A DNA stretch of 55,640 nt, counting the filler, from Sphacelaria rigidula (taxonomy: Eukaryota), in NCBI GenBank assembly GCA_964200075.2. It is 6 parts of 6 records of this genome, joined end to end, with 100 filler letters (N's around TTAATTAATTAA, not from the genome) between each part and the next. Parts side by side here need not be neighbours in the genome. Positions count along the whole stretch, not along the records: positions 1 to 9,191 come from CAXNAA020009089.1; positions 9,292 to 18,481 come from CAXNAA020009090.1; 4 more parts are not named here. One strand, 5' to 3'. Each line of letters begins with the position of its first letter. The first letter of the stretch is position 1. The translations under genes were made by a program, and so were the position numbers. Shown here piece after piece: positions 1-13,702 of this stretch. The notes below the pieces were generated by a model that saw nothing but the letters and a program-made list of their open reading frames with translations, ran no database searches and was not told where the DNA came from.

Positions 1-807
1 TGCAGCTCTGTTCCTCTGCTGCTGTTCTATCCATCTCGGCGTACACTGCAGTTGTCACTCGTGTCTGTCCGTGCTTTTGATCAGTGACACTTGTTCTGTT
101 CATTTTGGGAAGTCAGGTGCGCCCATAACTGTGCACCAACCGCATCGTGAGACATTAAGCGGTACTACCTGCTCACTGCACAGCGGTAGGGTGCAGGGTG
201 ACAAAGCACACCGCAGGACGTGACGTCCTTAGCCTATTCCTGTCCTGCATTGATTTCACCTTGTCCTATGCAGTTCACCACATCATGAACGCAGCCGCTT
301 GTATTTGCGGCAAACGTGTAGGAGGGATATCACGCCACGCGCTACAGTATATCGCAACGTCACATTTTGTAAGGCTGTCCGTGTTGCAGCGAGGCGCAAT
401 CGCCGAGATATTCACCTGCAAACTCTGCTCCAGTGCTCTGTAAGTTGACATCGCTAGAAGGACACCCCCATAACCACCTTGCCGGCTGCCAGACTGTCAC
501 AGACTCTCAGGACGTAGGATCCGCTAGTGTTGCTACTGTCTGTACGGCGGTGTTGCCCCCTTGTCAGGTATGTTGTGGAGCATGATACTAGATAGATGAA
601 GATCACCCTTCCTTGTAAATTAGCACCAAACGCTGGGGGTTCTCACTCAAGACTTCGATTTGGAGGATCATACTGAGTAGACAGCGGCAACTGCTGTGCG
701 TCCAGATGCCCCTTGGAGCAGGATGCGTTTCGTGTCCGTTTGACGAAGATATCCCCCAAAAACCGGAATCGATAGGGGTTTTAGACTGGAAAAATCTTGC
801 AAAAGAA

Positions 808-902
808 CTATCGCAAGGATCCGATCACAAGAATCCCGACGCAAAAGAAATATCGCAAGGATCCGATTGCAAGAATCACGACGCCAGAATCCCGACGCAA
901 AA
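808..902. repeat. Short direct duplication (about 42-bp unit)
   Basis: TATCGCAAGGATCCGAT..CAAGAATC.CGACGC occurs twice (about 809 and 851), with a third partial GAATCCCGACGCAAAA at about 887. Confidence 0.6.
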
Positions 903-2679
903 ACGGAGTCGCAGAAAACCTCTCAGTCGAATTTTTACCCGCAGCAGAAACCAACTTCACTTTGTGAAATTGGAATTGATGGGACAATATGTGTTCAATC
1001 CCACGGTACCAATATATATATTGGGCGGGCAATACGTGTGCAGTCCAAGGATACCAATATATATTGCACCGGCAATATATCGCAAAAGTCCAATATGATC
1101 GACTAATATATATTGAAAATATATTGCATTATCCACGGTGTGATGAATACGCATCCTGGCGGTCGAAGAGTCAACACTTCAGTGTCAAGAGCAGTCACCT
1201 GAGTTTCATGTAGGCCAATCGCAAAGGTTTGTGACTTGATTTCAGCAAGCGAGTGCCCTTGCAGTCTACGTCCCGGAGCTGCAAAGTCAACAGATTGACC
1301 ATTTGACTGCCGGGGTGATCTGGGGTCTTGCCATCATTTTGTTTCACCCACATGACTCACCCTGTTGGTCAATGGGTTTAAGTGCCCACCACTGATCTCG
1401 TTGACGGTTCATTGCCCACGCCCTCCACCCCAGTCACCGCCGTGCGTGTCTGCGTACACAACGCTTGGCACAGACATATATTTTGAAGCTATATTCCATC
1501 GACAAAATACAGACGATGGTACATACCTGTTGACGGGTACTGGCACAAATGGTGCCGGGTTATTTTGTAGCACACACACGTAGTAAAAATTGAAATGGTC
1601 AGTTTTTCCGCACATCATGTCTGGCAAAATCACACCCGAATTGGCCAGGGTAGCTAAGAGTCAGTGTTCTTGTGGCCAGCTGCGTAGTCGTCGGCGCTCA
1701 CTGAACCAGCCCTTCACTCCCCTGACGCTACGCCCGGCGCAGTAGGTGTGGAAGGGCCATAGGTTTTCTATTTCACCTTTACCCTGGAATTCGCTCTTTT
1801 CATTCTTAGGAACGCTATTACAATAACCACAACGCGGCGGAACCTAAATATTTTTCATGGGTCCGATGAATATTCTGATGGCCCACATCGTACGCACCCA
1901 GTGCCGACGAGGTGATGATACGCGGAGGCTTTCATAGCCATTGGCGCCTCGAATAACAAAAACCCGGCGACAGTGCAAGACACGTCTCGTAGCCGACGTT
2001 CGACACTAAAGATTCGAGGACGAGAGTAAGCTGCTCGTCGCTTTCCACCTCTGATGGGAAACGGGTGAATAGAAAAAGCAGCTTCAGGCGGGTACAACGT
2101 GAAGCCAAAAAGCCTCAGCATGATGAACTCCTCAGAGCGGGCCGAATTTGAATACTTGTGTAATCGGTGGTCCTCCACACCGTTATGGAACATGACGATG
2201 CGATTTCCTGGCGAAGCAGTTGCCCATCACATCATTTTTGTAGCGTTCAATCCCGAGTCGATCTCTAGCATCTCGTGCTCAAGGGGTTCATCAGTCACGC
2301 AGAGCCTACTTTTTATGGTGGTAAGATTTGAAGCCTTGCTCTTCCCTATTCGCACGGAAAATGAAGGCAATACACCCTGAAAATATACAAAGTAAAGGGG
2401 GGAAAACACGCCGTTCTCTGAAAGAACGTGCAATTTTCTCACTCACGTCAATATCACATTTGCTATTATCCTGCCGTCTACCCTTCATCCAGTCTACGAA
2501 AAGGGTCGAGGGAAGCAGCAGAAAGACGCCGAACGAACACAAGAAACCCCCAGGGACGCGGGAGGGCAAGGGTTGTATGCAAAACGGAAGGTCAGGATAA
2601 AAGCAATTTCCAATCTTTGATCTGCGCTGCGCTGCGACAAATCAAAGCGATCTCTCACACCAGAGAAGAGACAGAAGCA

Positions 2680-2711
<32 letters not shown>

Positions 2712-2729
2712 CCCCCCCCATCCCCCTCC

Positions 2730-5700
2730 CACGCAAACTAGTGTCAAGCGGCATATCATAGGAGGTGCATACAAGTTTATACCCAGGACGAAATTAAATC
2801 CCAAGTTCGACCACCTGAACAAGAAAGACATTCCTCACCGCTCCCCGCCCGTCCCCGTAAATTTTGCAGGCCACGAGGTGTACTATAGGTAATATCCGGA
2901 TTATACCACCCGGACGATAACAATTGCCAAGGTCGACTTCCTGCAAGAACAAGCCTTCTCCTTCCCCGTCTGCTTTCTCATGCGTATACCACGCGAGGCG
3001 AAAAGACATCCCAAGATCGACTTCCTGACTTCTGCCCCCCCGTCTCCCGCCTACGCAACTTCAGGCTGAAACGAGGAATACCGTAGGCAATATACGCAGT
3101 ACCACACTCAGGGCGGCAAAATAAATAAGGGCTGCCTTCTCAAAGAGTAAGCCTTTCTCTATCCCCGTCTGCTCACTTATGCGCAAGCCACGAAGGACCA
3201 AAAGAAAAAACAAAGTGGACTTTCTTAACGAGCAAACCTCTCCCCACCCCATCCCCCGTCTACGCAACTCCGGCGCGAAAGGAAATATTCATGGGCGATA
3301 CACGCAATATCCCATCGAGGGCGACGACCATACGCAACCTCGATTCCTCCATCAGCCAGCCCTCTCCCTTTCCCACCAGCCCTCTCATGTGTACCGTAAC
3401 CAGGACAATAACAAATACGGACCTTCACTTCGTCAACAAGCAAGTTCCTCCCTTATCGCCCCACTCTGAGCGAACCCCGCATTCCGAGGGACATACCGTA
3501 CGTGGTACACGGAGTAACCCACAGGCCAAAAGCAAATCCGAAGCTTGACTTTCACTACAAGTACGCCCTCCCGTCTCTCCACCCTCCCTTGCATACGTAT
3601 TCCACCAAGGCCACAATCAAGCTCCACATCGACTCCTCATCCACAATCAAGTTGTTTCCCTTCCCCGCCCCCATTCCCACTGCCACGCGTATGCCACCGA
3701 GGCGACGAGAAACCTCTGGCTTGACCTCCTCAACGAGCCCGCACTCCTTCCCCCCTGCCCCGACACTCTGAACCCCATCGACCCAAATCTCGCCCGCCCG
3801 CCTCCACGCATACCATCTCTGATATACGGGGTACACCACCCGGGGCCACCACAAATCCCAACCTCGACTTCCTCAACGACCATACTCATCGTCCCCGTCC
3901 CCATCCGCGTACATCACTTCCGCCTGCCGCAGGACACACCACAGGCAGCATCCCACCGTGCGCGACGACCAATCTCAACGTCGACCTCTTCATCAGCTAG
4001 CCCTCTCTTTCCAACCTGCCCTCTCTTTCGTACACTGACTACCCGGGGCGACAACAAATCCCAACTCCCGCACTGCTCCTTTCTGAGCGAATATCGCCTG
4101 CCGAGAGGCATACCGTACATGATACGCGGAGTACCCCACACAGGCCAAAAGCAAACCCGACGCTCTACCTCCGTTACAAGCACGCCCTCCCTTGCATACG
4201 TATTCCACCCAGGCCACAATCCAGCTCGACGTCGACTCCTCGTCCACGACCAGGTCCTCTCCCTTCTCCGCCCCCGTCCCCACTCCCACGCGTATACCAC
4301 CGAGGCGACGAGAAACCCCTGGCTCGACTCCCTCAACGAGCTAGCCCCCCCCCACTCCTGCCCCGACTCTAACGGCCAGCCCTCGCCTACCACGACCCCT
4401 TGACCCGCCCCTCTGACGCGAATCTCGCCTACATCCACGCATACCATCTCTGATATACGGGGTACACCACCCGGGGCCACCACAAATCCCAACCTCGACT
4501 TCAACTATGCCCTTCTCCCCCTTCCTCATCTGCGTACATCACTTCCGCCTGCCACAGGACACATCACAGGCAGCATCCCACCGTGCGCGACGACCAATCC
4601 CAACGTCGACCTCTTCATCAGCCAGCTCTCTCCCCCTGTCTTCACAAGCAAGCCCTTCCCCCCCGTTCCCCTCCTTTGCTTCTACGCAAATTTCACCCGC
4701 GACGAAATACACCATACATGCCAGACGTTTTGTAGCATCTCACTCAGGCGCAAACATTCTCCGAGCCCGGCTTCCTCCACACGCAAAGCCTCATTCTCCT
4801 GCTCTCCGCACCTACACAGCAATTTTGCCTGCAACAATGCTTCCCATAGATGGTATGTGTTCTACATCACCCCTGGCGAAACGAACTCCCCACCTCGACC
4901 CCCCTCTTCATTAGCAAGCCCCCCCGCGTCCGTCCTCTTCCCCGGCTCCTACGCAGATTACGCCCGCCACAAGTCATACCATACACAGTCGTATTGCAGA
5001 ACATCACCAATGGCGTAAACATTCTCCGACCCCAACTTCCTCCACATGCAAAGCTTCATCCTCTTGCTCCCCGCACCTACACGTCGATTTACCCTGCCAT
5101 GAGGCGTACCATAAATAACATGCGCAGTGTACCATCCAGGGCAAAACGAAGTCCCCACCTCGATCCCATCTCCACAAGCAAGCCCTTCACCCTGTCCCCC
5201 GTCCCCGCCCACGCGAATTCCGCCATTCACAAGACACACCGTAGATTATAGATGCAGTATATTACCCAGGACGAAAACATTCAAGGGTCGGACAAATAAT
5301 GATTCGTCTGGGAATTACTTGGTTTTCACTATAGTGATTCGGAACATCACGAATCAATCCCTAGGCTTGTTTTCAGCGTTGCAACCCAGGTCCACGCAGC
5401 CCAGACACATGGAATGGCGCAAAAGTTGCGTGGATACCCCTTGGACCAGCGGCCAACCTTTTTCTCCCTTTTGGGCAATCAGACCGAAGAAATCGTGGAT
5501 TTGGTGACTCGTGGTCGTGATGATTCGTCCTAACCGGGAAAACATTCCCCAAGCCCGACGTCCCCAGCAAGGAAACTACTGTCCCCCGCTCCCCGCCCCC
5601 ATCCGCTTGTTCCACCTGTCATGAAGTGTCCCATAGGTGATATACGGAGTATAGCACTCAGGGTGACAACAAACCCCAGCTTTGACCCCGGTCCTCACAA

Positions 5701-6040
5701 GCAATCCCGTCGCCCTTGCCGTCTGTCCCTTCCGCCTTAGTCTCTGCCTGCCGCGAGGCATATAAGAGAAAGGAAAGCACGAGCTCGGCTTCTTTAACAA
5801 GAGTCGATCCTTCCGCCCCCCCGCCCGCCCCTCCTATACGAGTTTCGCCCGCCACGAGGTCTACCGTAGTTGATGTACGTGGTACATCACCCAGGGTGAA
5901 ACAATTTTTCAAGCTTGACTCTCTACGCAGGCCTTTCCCTCGCGCCCGCTCCTCCTCTTCCTACCACCCTAATCTTGCCTGCCACGACGTCTACGATGAT
6001 TATACGGGCTACAAGAAACCCCAAGTTCGATCCCCTCTAC
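2730..6040. repeat. Diverged C-rich tandem array of alternating ~85 and ~120 bp units, with a ~625-bp higher-order duplication
   Basis: A core resembling TATACCACCCAGGGCGACAACAAATCCCAAGCTCGACTTCCTCAACAAGCAAGCC recurs throughout. The block at about 3490-4000 is repeated at about 4110-4625, and 3803-3871 is identical to 4434-4502 (69 bp). Confidence 0.8.
5282..5538 (+). mobile_element. hAT-type MITE, copy 1, inserted into the C-rich array
   Basis: Perfect 8-bp TSD AAAACATT at 5274-5281 and 5539-5546. Ends are CAAGGGTCGGAC and a degenerate GTCCTAACCGGG. Homologous to 33732-33977 and 9292-9379. Confidence 0.85.
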
Positions 6041-8947
6041 TAGCAAAGTGCCTCACTGCCGAAAGATTCCGTTTGAGGCCACTGTACCGGCTCGTTCGCT
6101 TATTGACAGGGCAACAATGCAAAGGCCAGCTCACACAACGCTACTCTGTCCGCATGACGGCACCGAATTTTTTCATTATGAAACATGTTCACGCTCGTGC
6201 GTGTGTGTGTGTGTGTGTGTCGGTGGCGGGGGCAAGGTCAAGTGTCACTTTTGACGATCCATGTGCTGTTGTCACAAAACTAACTGATCGGACGACCGCC
6301 ATCATACATCATTCCATCAAACGAACAATCTCGCACCATTTTGGCCAGCTCAAAATTCTAACTCAACAACACACACAGATATCGATGCATAGTCTTCATG
6401 AAAAAAAAGTTCTCAACAGCTCGTGCTTTCCAGTTTCCTTTTCTACCATCATGTCACAAAGTGACCGATGTATCGAAGGACATCCACCACCAATCACCAC
6501 CATGAGAATCCCAGCTCCTCGAGTAAGACAAATGAGGCGGTAAATGCCGCAGCTTGTGGAACGCCCACGGCCACCTCGGTATCCAGTACCACTGTCAGCA
6601 TCACACCGTGCACCGTAGGAGACAGGGCATCTCATGCGCGATCTCCAGAACCGAGCTGAACATCAACCAACGACAAGGTAGGGCGGCCGAAGCGGGGAGG
6701 TGTTCAGTATTCTCGGGTCTAATCTCTTGCCTCTTCATCATGAGTCAATTTCGGTGTCTAGACCGCGCAGATGTGTCTATATTTTGAATCGACATCACCT
6801 TTACTTGAAATGTACACGACAGATGTAAATCTCCATTATTGAGCGCCGACAGGAATACATCCCCTCCGCCGCTTTTTCGGTACGCGTTCGTTGTCTCAAG
6901 GATTTGTCTGTTGACCCGACTCCCCCCAGACAGGGTAGGATGAGGCGCAGGCATTCAGCTGTCGTTTCCTTCAGGGGATGGGGGAGGATAGCATTTCACT
7001 ACTTACAGTGTACTCTTGACTACAAACTATCACTGCCAAGTAGGGGTTACTTTTTTGTGCCAATGCTACAACAGAGGTGACGTGATTTCGATGCTGGGAT
7101 ACTCCTGTGACGAAAATCTAAAAACACATTTGGCAAAAAAAATAAAATTGAGATGGAAATCCCAGTAGGTATCAAGTAACGTTCCACTCGTAGGCAAAGG
7201 ACATATATGTTGGTTGTTGGCAGAAACAGCTACCGTGGATTTCAAGATTATTTGACGCCCGAGCATACCACAATAAAACCTTTTCCCGTGTTCTATATTT
7301 CATACTTCCGTCACCTGCATCAGCACCCATTTAATATATCTTCAACAGGTATGTTGAAAAATGTACGAGCTGCATTAACCCCCTGGGAGTTGCTTTTTTG
7401 TGTGCTTGAGCCGACGAGAACTCGATTAGCACTTCCCGTAGCCCACCAACTTCCACTTATGTTTTCCGCCCCCGCCAAATCTCCTTCTCATGCTCTTGGA
7501 CATGATTGGAAAAATACTGTGTATATATGTGTATCTGGATAGTCTTACTGGGTCGGAAGAGGCGTACCCTCCTACCATTCGGTAGACGAGCTGCTGCAGT
7601 CAAGGAGTGATATAAAGTACTGGGTGCGGAGGTGGAGGACGAGGGAGACTTCGTCGCCGACCAGGGGTTTGTAAAACAAATTACTCCAACATGTGCTGAA
7701 CCACTCCGACGGAGAAATCGGATGGATACATTCCTACGGTTTCTCTCGGAGAATCTGTTCATCTCACCAAATTTCAATTCACGTCGAGGAGGGAAAAAAT
7801 GGAGCTTTTTCGAGCGAGGCCGACGATCATTTTGTATAGGGCTGCATGTTGGCATCGATCAATGTTGTTACGGTCCAGCTCCCTGCTTCTGTGGAATGAT
7901 CAAGAACGGCCCGGGGTGTTCTGATGCAGTGCTCGAAATACAAATGTCAGGTCGGTACTGGGGGCGGAAAGGGGCAAATTCATGTTTTGAGACTACCGGC
8001 TCATCACCAAAAAGAAGGGAGGAGCGGTTGATACCGAGGTAAAACTCGATAGATAAAATACGAGCACAAACAAATCCTCAAAAAAATGTCGATTGGCTAG
8101 TACAGTATAGGATAGTACAGTATAGTACAGCATAGCAAGCTAACTTCGAGACACACTTTCGATCGCCCGGTCAGTTGCACAGTCATAGTCATAGTAATAG
8201 AAATAGCCATCCTTTTCATGGTCACCTCCCGTGTACGGTAGTCCTTCCCCCCATTGGCCCGTGGTAGTACACCCATCGGCCCGTGGTGAAGACAAGACGA
8301 CTCTCTTCACATATCTTCTTCAACTACGACAAATTTGCACAAGATGCCTAGGACAGGCTATTAATGCTATTAATATCGACCCTGGCGTATCCTGGATTTT
8401 GAGGGTAATCGGAGTGGCCAGTGCTCCAGGGTCCGCAGGGTGTCGACTCGTATCTTAGTGATTCGTCACCACTCATGATAAAGAAGACGAACGATCAATG
8501 GACGAATCAGTACATGTCCAGGTCGGTCACCTCACGAGATACACACAACCCTGAAAAAACAACAATGGTTGAAGAAATAAAACACGAATGAAAGCATATC
8601 AAGTGAAATGAATCACCTGTCGACACTCGCGGAGCCTCCTGCCGTTCTTGGTTCCGACCTCTTTCTCCTTAGCCTCTTTTCCCTCTCCGTCCACCTCACC
8701 ACTTCGTTTCCTACAAACACGATTTTTTGGGTGATCACAACGGCGGGGACGGGGGGGAAGTGCAACAATAGAGATACAGTACAAGGGGAAAAGGAGAAAG
8801 AAGGAAAATATTGACACTCAGCGAAAAGAAAGAGGATAAAAGCCATGAGCTCATCTAAGCGCTTACAAAGAAAAAAGGGCCACGAGACGAGAAAAGCGAC
8901 GCAACTGAAAACGGCGTTTCATTTGTGTGTTTGTATGGGGGAGGCGA

Positions 8948-9118
8948 GGGGGGGGCGGGGTACTCGTACGCTGCTTGCCTCAGTCATTTGACCGTTGATC
9001 ACGCATCCCCATCAAGACGGATAACCCTTCCTACTCCCAACAGAGATGCCTCCAACATTTGGGCGCTCATTACGTTTCTTGCATACATTATTACACAAGA
9101 ACCCGTTGACATATCTTC
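8948..9118 (-). mobile_element. LINE 3' end fragment (poly-C-tailed family)
   Basis: Its reverse complement matches the LINE C-terminus at 35230-35380 (..KRNERPNVGG..GCVINGQMT..) followed by a C-run. Confidence 0.75.
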
Positions 9119-9191
9119 ATACGTCGGACGAGCACGAGTGTCACTCGTGGCACTCGTGCTCGTGGGGCTGCTCGTTGGCCGAAAAATTAAT

Positions 9192-9291
9192 NNNNNNNNN
9201 NNNNNNNNNNNNNNNNNNNNNNNNNNNNNNNNNNNTTAATTAATTAANNNNNNNNNNNNNNNNNNNNNNNNNNNNNNNNNNNNNNNNNNNN
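9192..9291. other. Artificial contig spacer
   Basis: 44 N + TTAATTAATTAA (stops in all six frames) + 44 N. Confidence 0.99.
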
Positions 9292-9379
9292 CAAAGCCTA
9301 GGGATTGATTCGTACGAGTCGAATCAATGATACTAAAACCAAGTAATTTCCAGACGAATGATTATTTGTCCGACCCTTG
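9292..9379 (-). mobile_element. hAT-type MITE, partial copy at the contig end
   Basis: Reverse complement of the first ~90 bp of 5282-5538, ending in GTCCGACCCTTG. It interrupts the DIRS/Ngaro pol region. Confidence 0.8.
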
Positions 9380-12300
9380 AAACCTTGTACTAGGTTGGCC
9401 ATCTGTCGGTGTACGAGTAAAATCGCCTCAATCGGACCTCTTCCAAATGTAGCTTCAACATTTCGGAGCTGGCGCGGCTGGCGCTCGAGTGCTTGCCGTA
9501 TGCTAAAGCGTTGTCAAAGTCACGGAGATCGTATACACCCATAGGAACTCCTGCTTCTTCAATCCTCATTAAATTTCCCATGTCCGGATACCCTTTTACG
9601 CCAAAATGGTAATTTGATCATCTATTTCGCGTTTGGTGCCAGGAATTCCCGTCGAATCATACGCGCCACACTGCCCGGCTGTCCCCCAGGCATAATGAAC
9701 AGAATCCATGTGATGTCCGCGAGATCGGATGTCCGCGAGATCGCGTGGAGTGACATCACGACGTACTTGATGTGACATTGCAAGGTTTAGCGGGTCCAGC
9801 GCCTCGTACCGATCGCGCCAAGGACTGGCATGGCTCGCTGCTGAGCGCGAATCATTCTTTGACTCGTGCCAGTCCCATCTTCAATGTTCAAGAGTTGTCA
9901 TTCCGACTCCAAAGGAGACGTGTCCTACGCAACTTCGAACCTTCGAAACCTGCTGCAAGGTACCGGTACGTACGCTCCACAAAATGTTGAATCCTAATCC
10001 CCATCAATCCCTGCTCCAGTCAACAGCCAAGGTATTTGCGCGCAGTCTGCGTGTTTGTGCCAGTGTGATAATCTTAACCGTACCGTATTATGTCCCAGCA
10101 AAATACTAGTGAGCATGCTAAACACGCGATGCGAAATAAAAAAACAAAAAATCACCCAGCACCACCTGCAACGATACTACTGATCCGGCTGCCGAAACCC
10201 CATCATATTCCATGGGTCGCGTAAGGCCGCGCTCGTCAGATGACCACAACGCCAGCAATCGGCGCCCGTCTATCGACTCATGCCTCTCCTTCAACGATGT
10301 TGGCCGCGTGGCGAGGAACACGTGGCCTCATCCATTGTCGAAGCCGCGCCCATTGCCACCGCCTCCTTGACCTCCAGCTCCGCCGTCGCCCCCCCACCTG
10401 CCGCTGCCAAAGTTTCTGCCGTTGTCCGAGCCAGCGCCTGATCCCTACTCAGCGCTGTGCTGGTCCTACTGAGATTGACGGCTTCCACCGCTCTAAAAAG
10501 TCACCATGGGTGTGCTGTTCTGCACAACATGGCCGACGCTGCTACTGACATTGCTGCTGTTGCCACCGCCACCTCTGCCGTTGCCGCCGCCGTCTCCCCT
10601 GCCACCGTCTCCGCCACCAATAGCCTGCGGGCCAAAGTGGGTGTGACTGAATGGGCAGCGATTGATAGGATATGCTGCGCAGAAACCAGGGCGTCACCAG
10701 GTCTTACAAGCACTATACGGGAGACCTTCCACTTTTAGTCTGCGCATCTCGGGTGACACGAGCTGACGTTGCTGTTGTGTTGTACCATCCACTTCGCGCT
10801 TTGCCGGCGTGTATGACGCGTTGCCCGCCACCGCAGCCTTGGCGACGTGCGATGCTGAGAGCGCTTGTTGTACCATGAGATTGGGGACGATACCGGTGAT
10901 GACATCGAGGGCACGGCGTACGTGGAGAAATTTCCCCATCGTAACCGGAGGGACTGTTCAAAGATCCGCAGATTTAGTAGGGGGGCCGTTGAGAAAGTGC
11001 TCGATCAACCAGGATGACACTGCGCCGACCCCTTGCGCTGTCATGTCCGTCAGGTCCTTATTCAGGGCCGCCAGAAGCTGCGAGCGGAAAACGGGTCCAT
11101 TACGGCTTGCCCAGGAATAGTGGTAAAATGATGCGTTGTTGGCGACATCGTCCGTTATTTCTCGCAGTCTGTTCAGGAACTCCACCACTCGTGGTTTGCC
11201 TTGATCACCCTCGCGTAAACCTTTTCATAAGCAAAATGGAGAAAGATGCCGCCATCGCCCGCAAGTGGTCTTGGACTGCGCATTGCCTTGCTTTGCCTTT
11301 GCCTTTGCTTTGCCCATGTTCGTGTTCACGCTCCCCCGAGGAAAACTTGTCCGCCTTGAGATCAGTTAGAGTCAACACCATGCTGAACATTTCCGATGTT
11401 GAAGCCACTTTCAGACCCGCCTCTTCATCAAAACGTAACCTGTCATTCTCGGTAAAAAACCGCGGGCTCTTCAGCCGAAGCGCAAATGTGCGGCGCGTAC
11501 CTTCTTTTTTTCAGGCTATCGAGTCGGCCTTTCCAGCTTCACGCTCCGCAATGGACATCGCAGGCGGCCCTGGAGGAGAGGGCACCTATGTATTCAAACC
11601 CAGTGATTGCGGGTCGTTGACAGATGGCGGGATCTGGGTGGGGGGTATACTCCCGGTGATCGCAGCTGGTGCCTCCCCTGGTGACGGGTGTGCCTGTTGC
11701 ATTTTTTGTCGGACTTGTTGAAGATGCTGGTGGATCGTGGTTACCCACGCAGCGATGTCTTCCGTCACGGCAATCAGTACGTCTGCCTGGGATACGAGAT
11801 GTTGCCAAAGGGCGGTCGTATCCTGGGCTGGTTGAACGTTGGCCGGAGGGCCTGCCACCCTTGGATCCTGCACGCCGGGATTTTGTACTTCAGTTCGTAA
11901 TCGGTCGCCATCCTGCTGACCGTTGTTGTGCTGAGAATTCAAAAGTGCGTTCACTGGCGTGAACCCTCCCGACAGCTGAGATGCATCCGACATGATCTTG
12001 CACAGAGACCCCGTGCTGCAATGCACTGAACGACACTGCACTAGGCTCTACAAATATCTAAACAGCAAGAACAGCTGTCCTTTTCTCGCAGCGACTGACA
12101 CAACCATGTATATCCGATTACGCGCAGTCCGATTGAAGCTCTATCGCAATCCCGCCGCTAACAGTGGCATCTGGTAACGTCCCGACCGATAAACTCCAGA
12201 TCCCGCTACGCTCTGATCCTCCACTATTTGTGCATGGATAAGAGCCAGCGGCATTACGGTACATTACAACCATGATCACGCCAACACGAGTGAACACGTA

Positions 12301-12430
12301 GAATTTAGTATGTGGATGCACGACTAAATGTCATCTTTGTTGGTGTCAGCTAAAGGGCGCGGCCTTTTTGGTGGGGGCTGTGTGCTGTTGGGCCTTGGGC
12401 AGAGACGGTGCACAACAAAACGCAACCAGC
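9380..12430 (-). mobile_element. Decayed DIRS/Ngaro-like (tyrosine-recombinase class) retrotransposon: gag and the pre-RT part of pol
   Basis: Minus strand: a broken gag-like ORF from about 11993 (MSDASQLSGG..), a CCCH zinc finger CKTW*RPGFCAAYPINRCPFSH at 10708-10643 and a Gly-rich tail. Then GYPDMGNLMRIEEAGVP..ALAYGKHSSA..LEEVRLRRF (9590-9420), matching the GVP..YGNHxSA..E/DV..GR motif that precedes RT in DIRS/Ngaro elements. Several stops and frameshifts. The RT core and recombinase are not in the contig and the upstream boundary is approximate. Confidence 0.75.
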
Positions 12431-13702
12431 CTTCACAACCATGATGGGCTGCAATCCTTTTGATCAAAACTAAGACAACTATGTATCTGATCATAGCTGG
12501 TATTCTGGGGGCGAGCCGATGGAAATTCGTCTCTTACACTTATTCTTGAGTGTTGAGGCGAAGGCGGCCCGCCATCAAATCTGAAGGACATTACAACTCT
12601 GAATCTAATGGAATGATAATTGCATAGCACGCTAGCGCGCAACCTGGAAGGTGATGCGAGCTCTCAACCAGGTGATACACAACAGTGCAGGATGGTCAAA
12701 CCTGGTCAAACCCAAATTTATTTTGTGCTCACCGGGGATTCTAATGGATATGGGCATCCAGCCCATTGCGGAGAGCTTGTCCTGTGCATACAATCCCACT
12801 GTAAGCACATTCACACCTATAAAGTATCGCCACATACTCGCTGTTCCTCTGTCGCTGGTTGTTGTTCTCGCTGCTGTGTTGCTGTTGTCTTCACACCTAA
12901 AAGTGGAAACGTCGCTACAAGTACTGCGGGTAATTTGCGATTTGTCAACTGTAATCCGTCAGCAGTCTCACCGATGTTCCGGGCGAAAATCCGGTGATAC
13001 GAATATCAGGGTCCCGCTTGTGTAGCATCCGTTAATTGTCATACTTTTGATCGGGTGGGAGTCCTTTCTTGTCAAAACACAGGAGGAGATCAAGCAAGGA
13101 AGGGGTACCCAGCTCTTCTGGGCGCACGTCTCTGCCGGTATGGGAGGACACTGAATAATCTTGTTCTAGCCGTGAGCACGCACGGTAAAAGCAGGGATTG
13201 TTGTTGCAGTTTTGTTGTTTGTAGTTTGATGGAAGGACTGCAGACAGTGCCACACTGTCTCTACTGTGTACCTGCTACATGATCAAACAGTTCTAGTTCA
13301 CAAGCCGCTTCCGATTACCGTCAGTACAACAACCCTCCCGTATTCGAAACCGCTCTTGAACTGCTCCACGCTGAGTACAAGACAGTACTCCACATCCTGT
13401 TTGCTTGCTGGCTTTAACAAAGGGTGTTGGGCCCACTGTTGTCTACAACCCTCCGTGTTCTGTAGTGTACGGTCGCCGCGCAACATATTCCGTGTTTCCC
13501 TTGTAAACGTCCTACTACGGTACTATGATACTGTCATTATATGATGACCGTTCTGTAGTATGAATGTATCGATTATACCATGTATCTCTGGTTGAACAGG
13601 AAGGGAGATCAACCAGGCGACGCAAACGGCCGGTAGAGCTGAGAGCGTTCGAATTCACGGCAGCAGGCAGGCGGGAAGGCAAAGAAGAGGCAATTTAATA
13701 AC

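Noticed and set aside
2730..6040. CRISPR-like array, or intact Pro-rich ORFs in the C-rich region
   Set aside because: The linkers are homologous to one another rather than unique. The ORFs are short by-products of compositional bias, with frequent frame breaks.
9236..9247. TTAATTAATTAA as a biological motif
   Set aside because: It is a six-frame-stop linker inside N padding, repeated identically five times.
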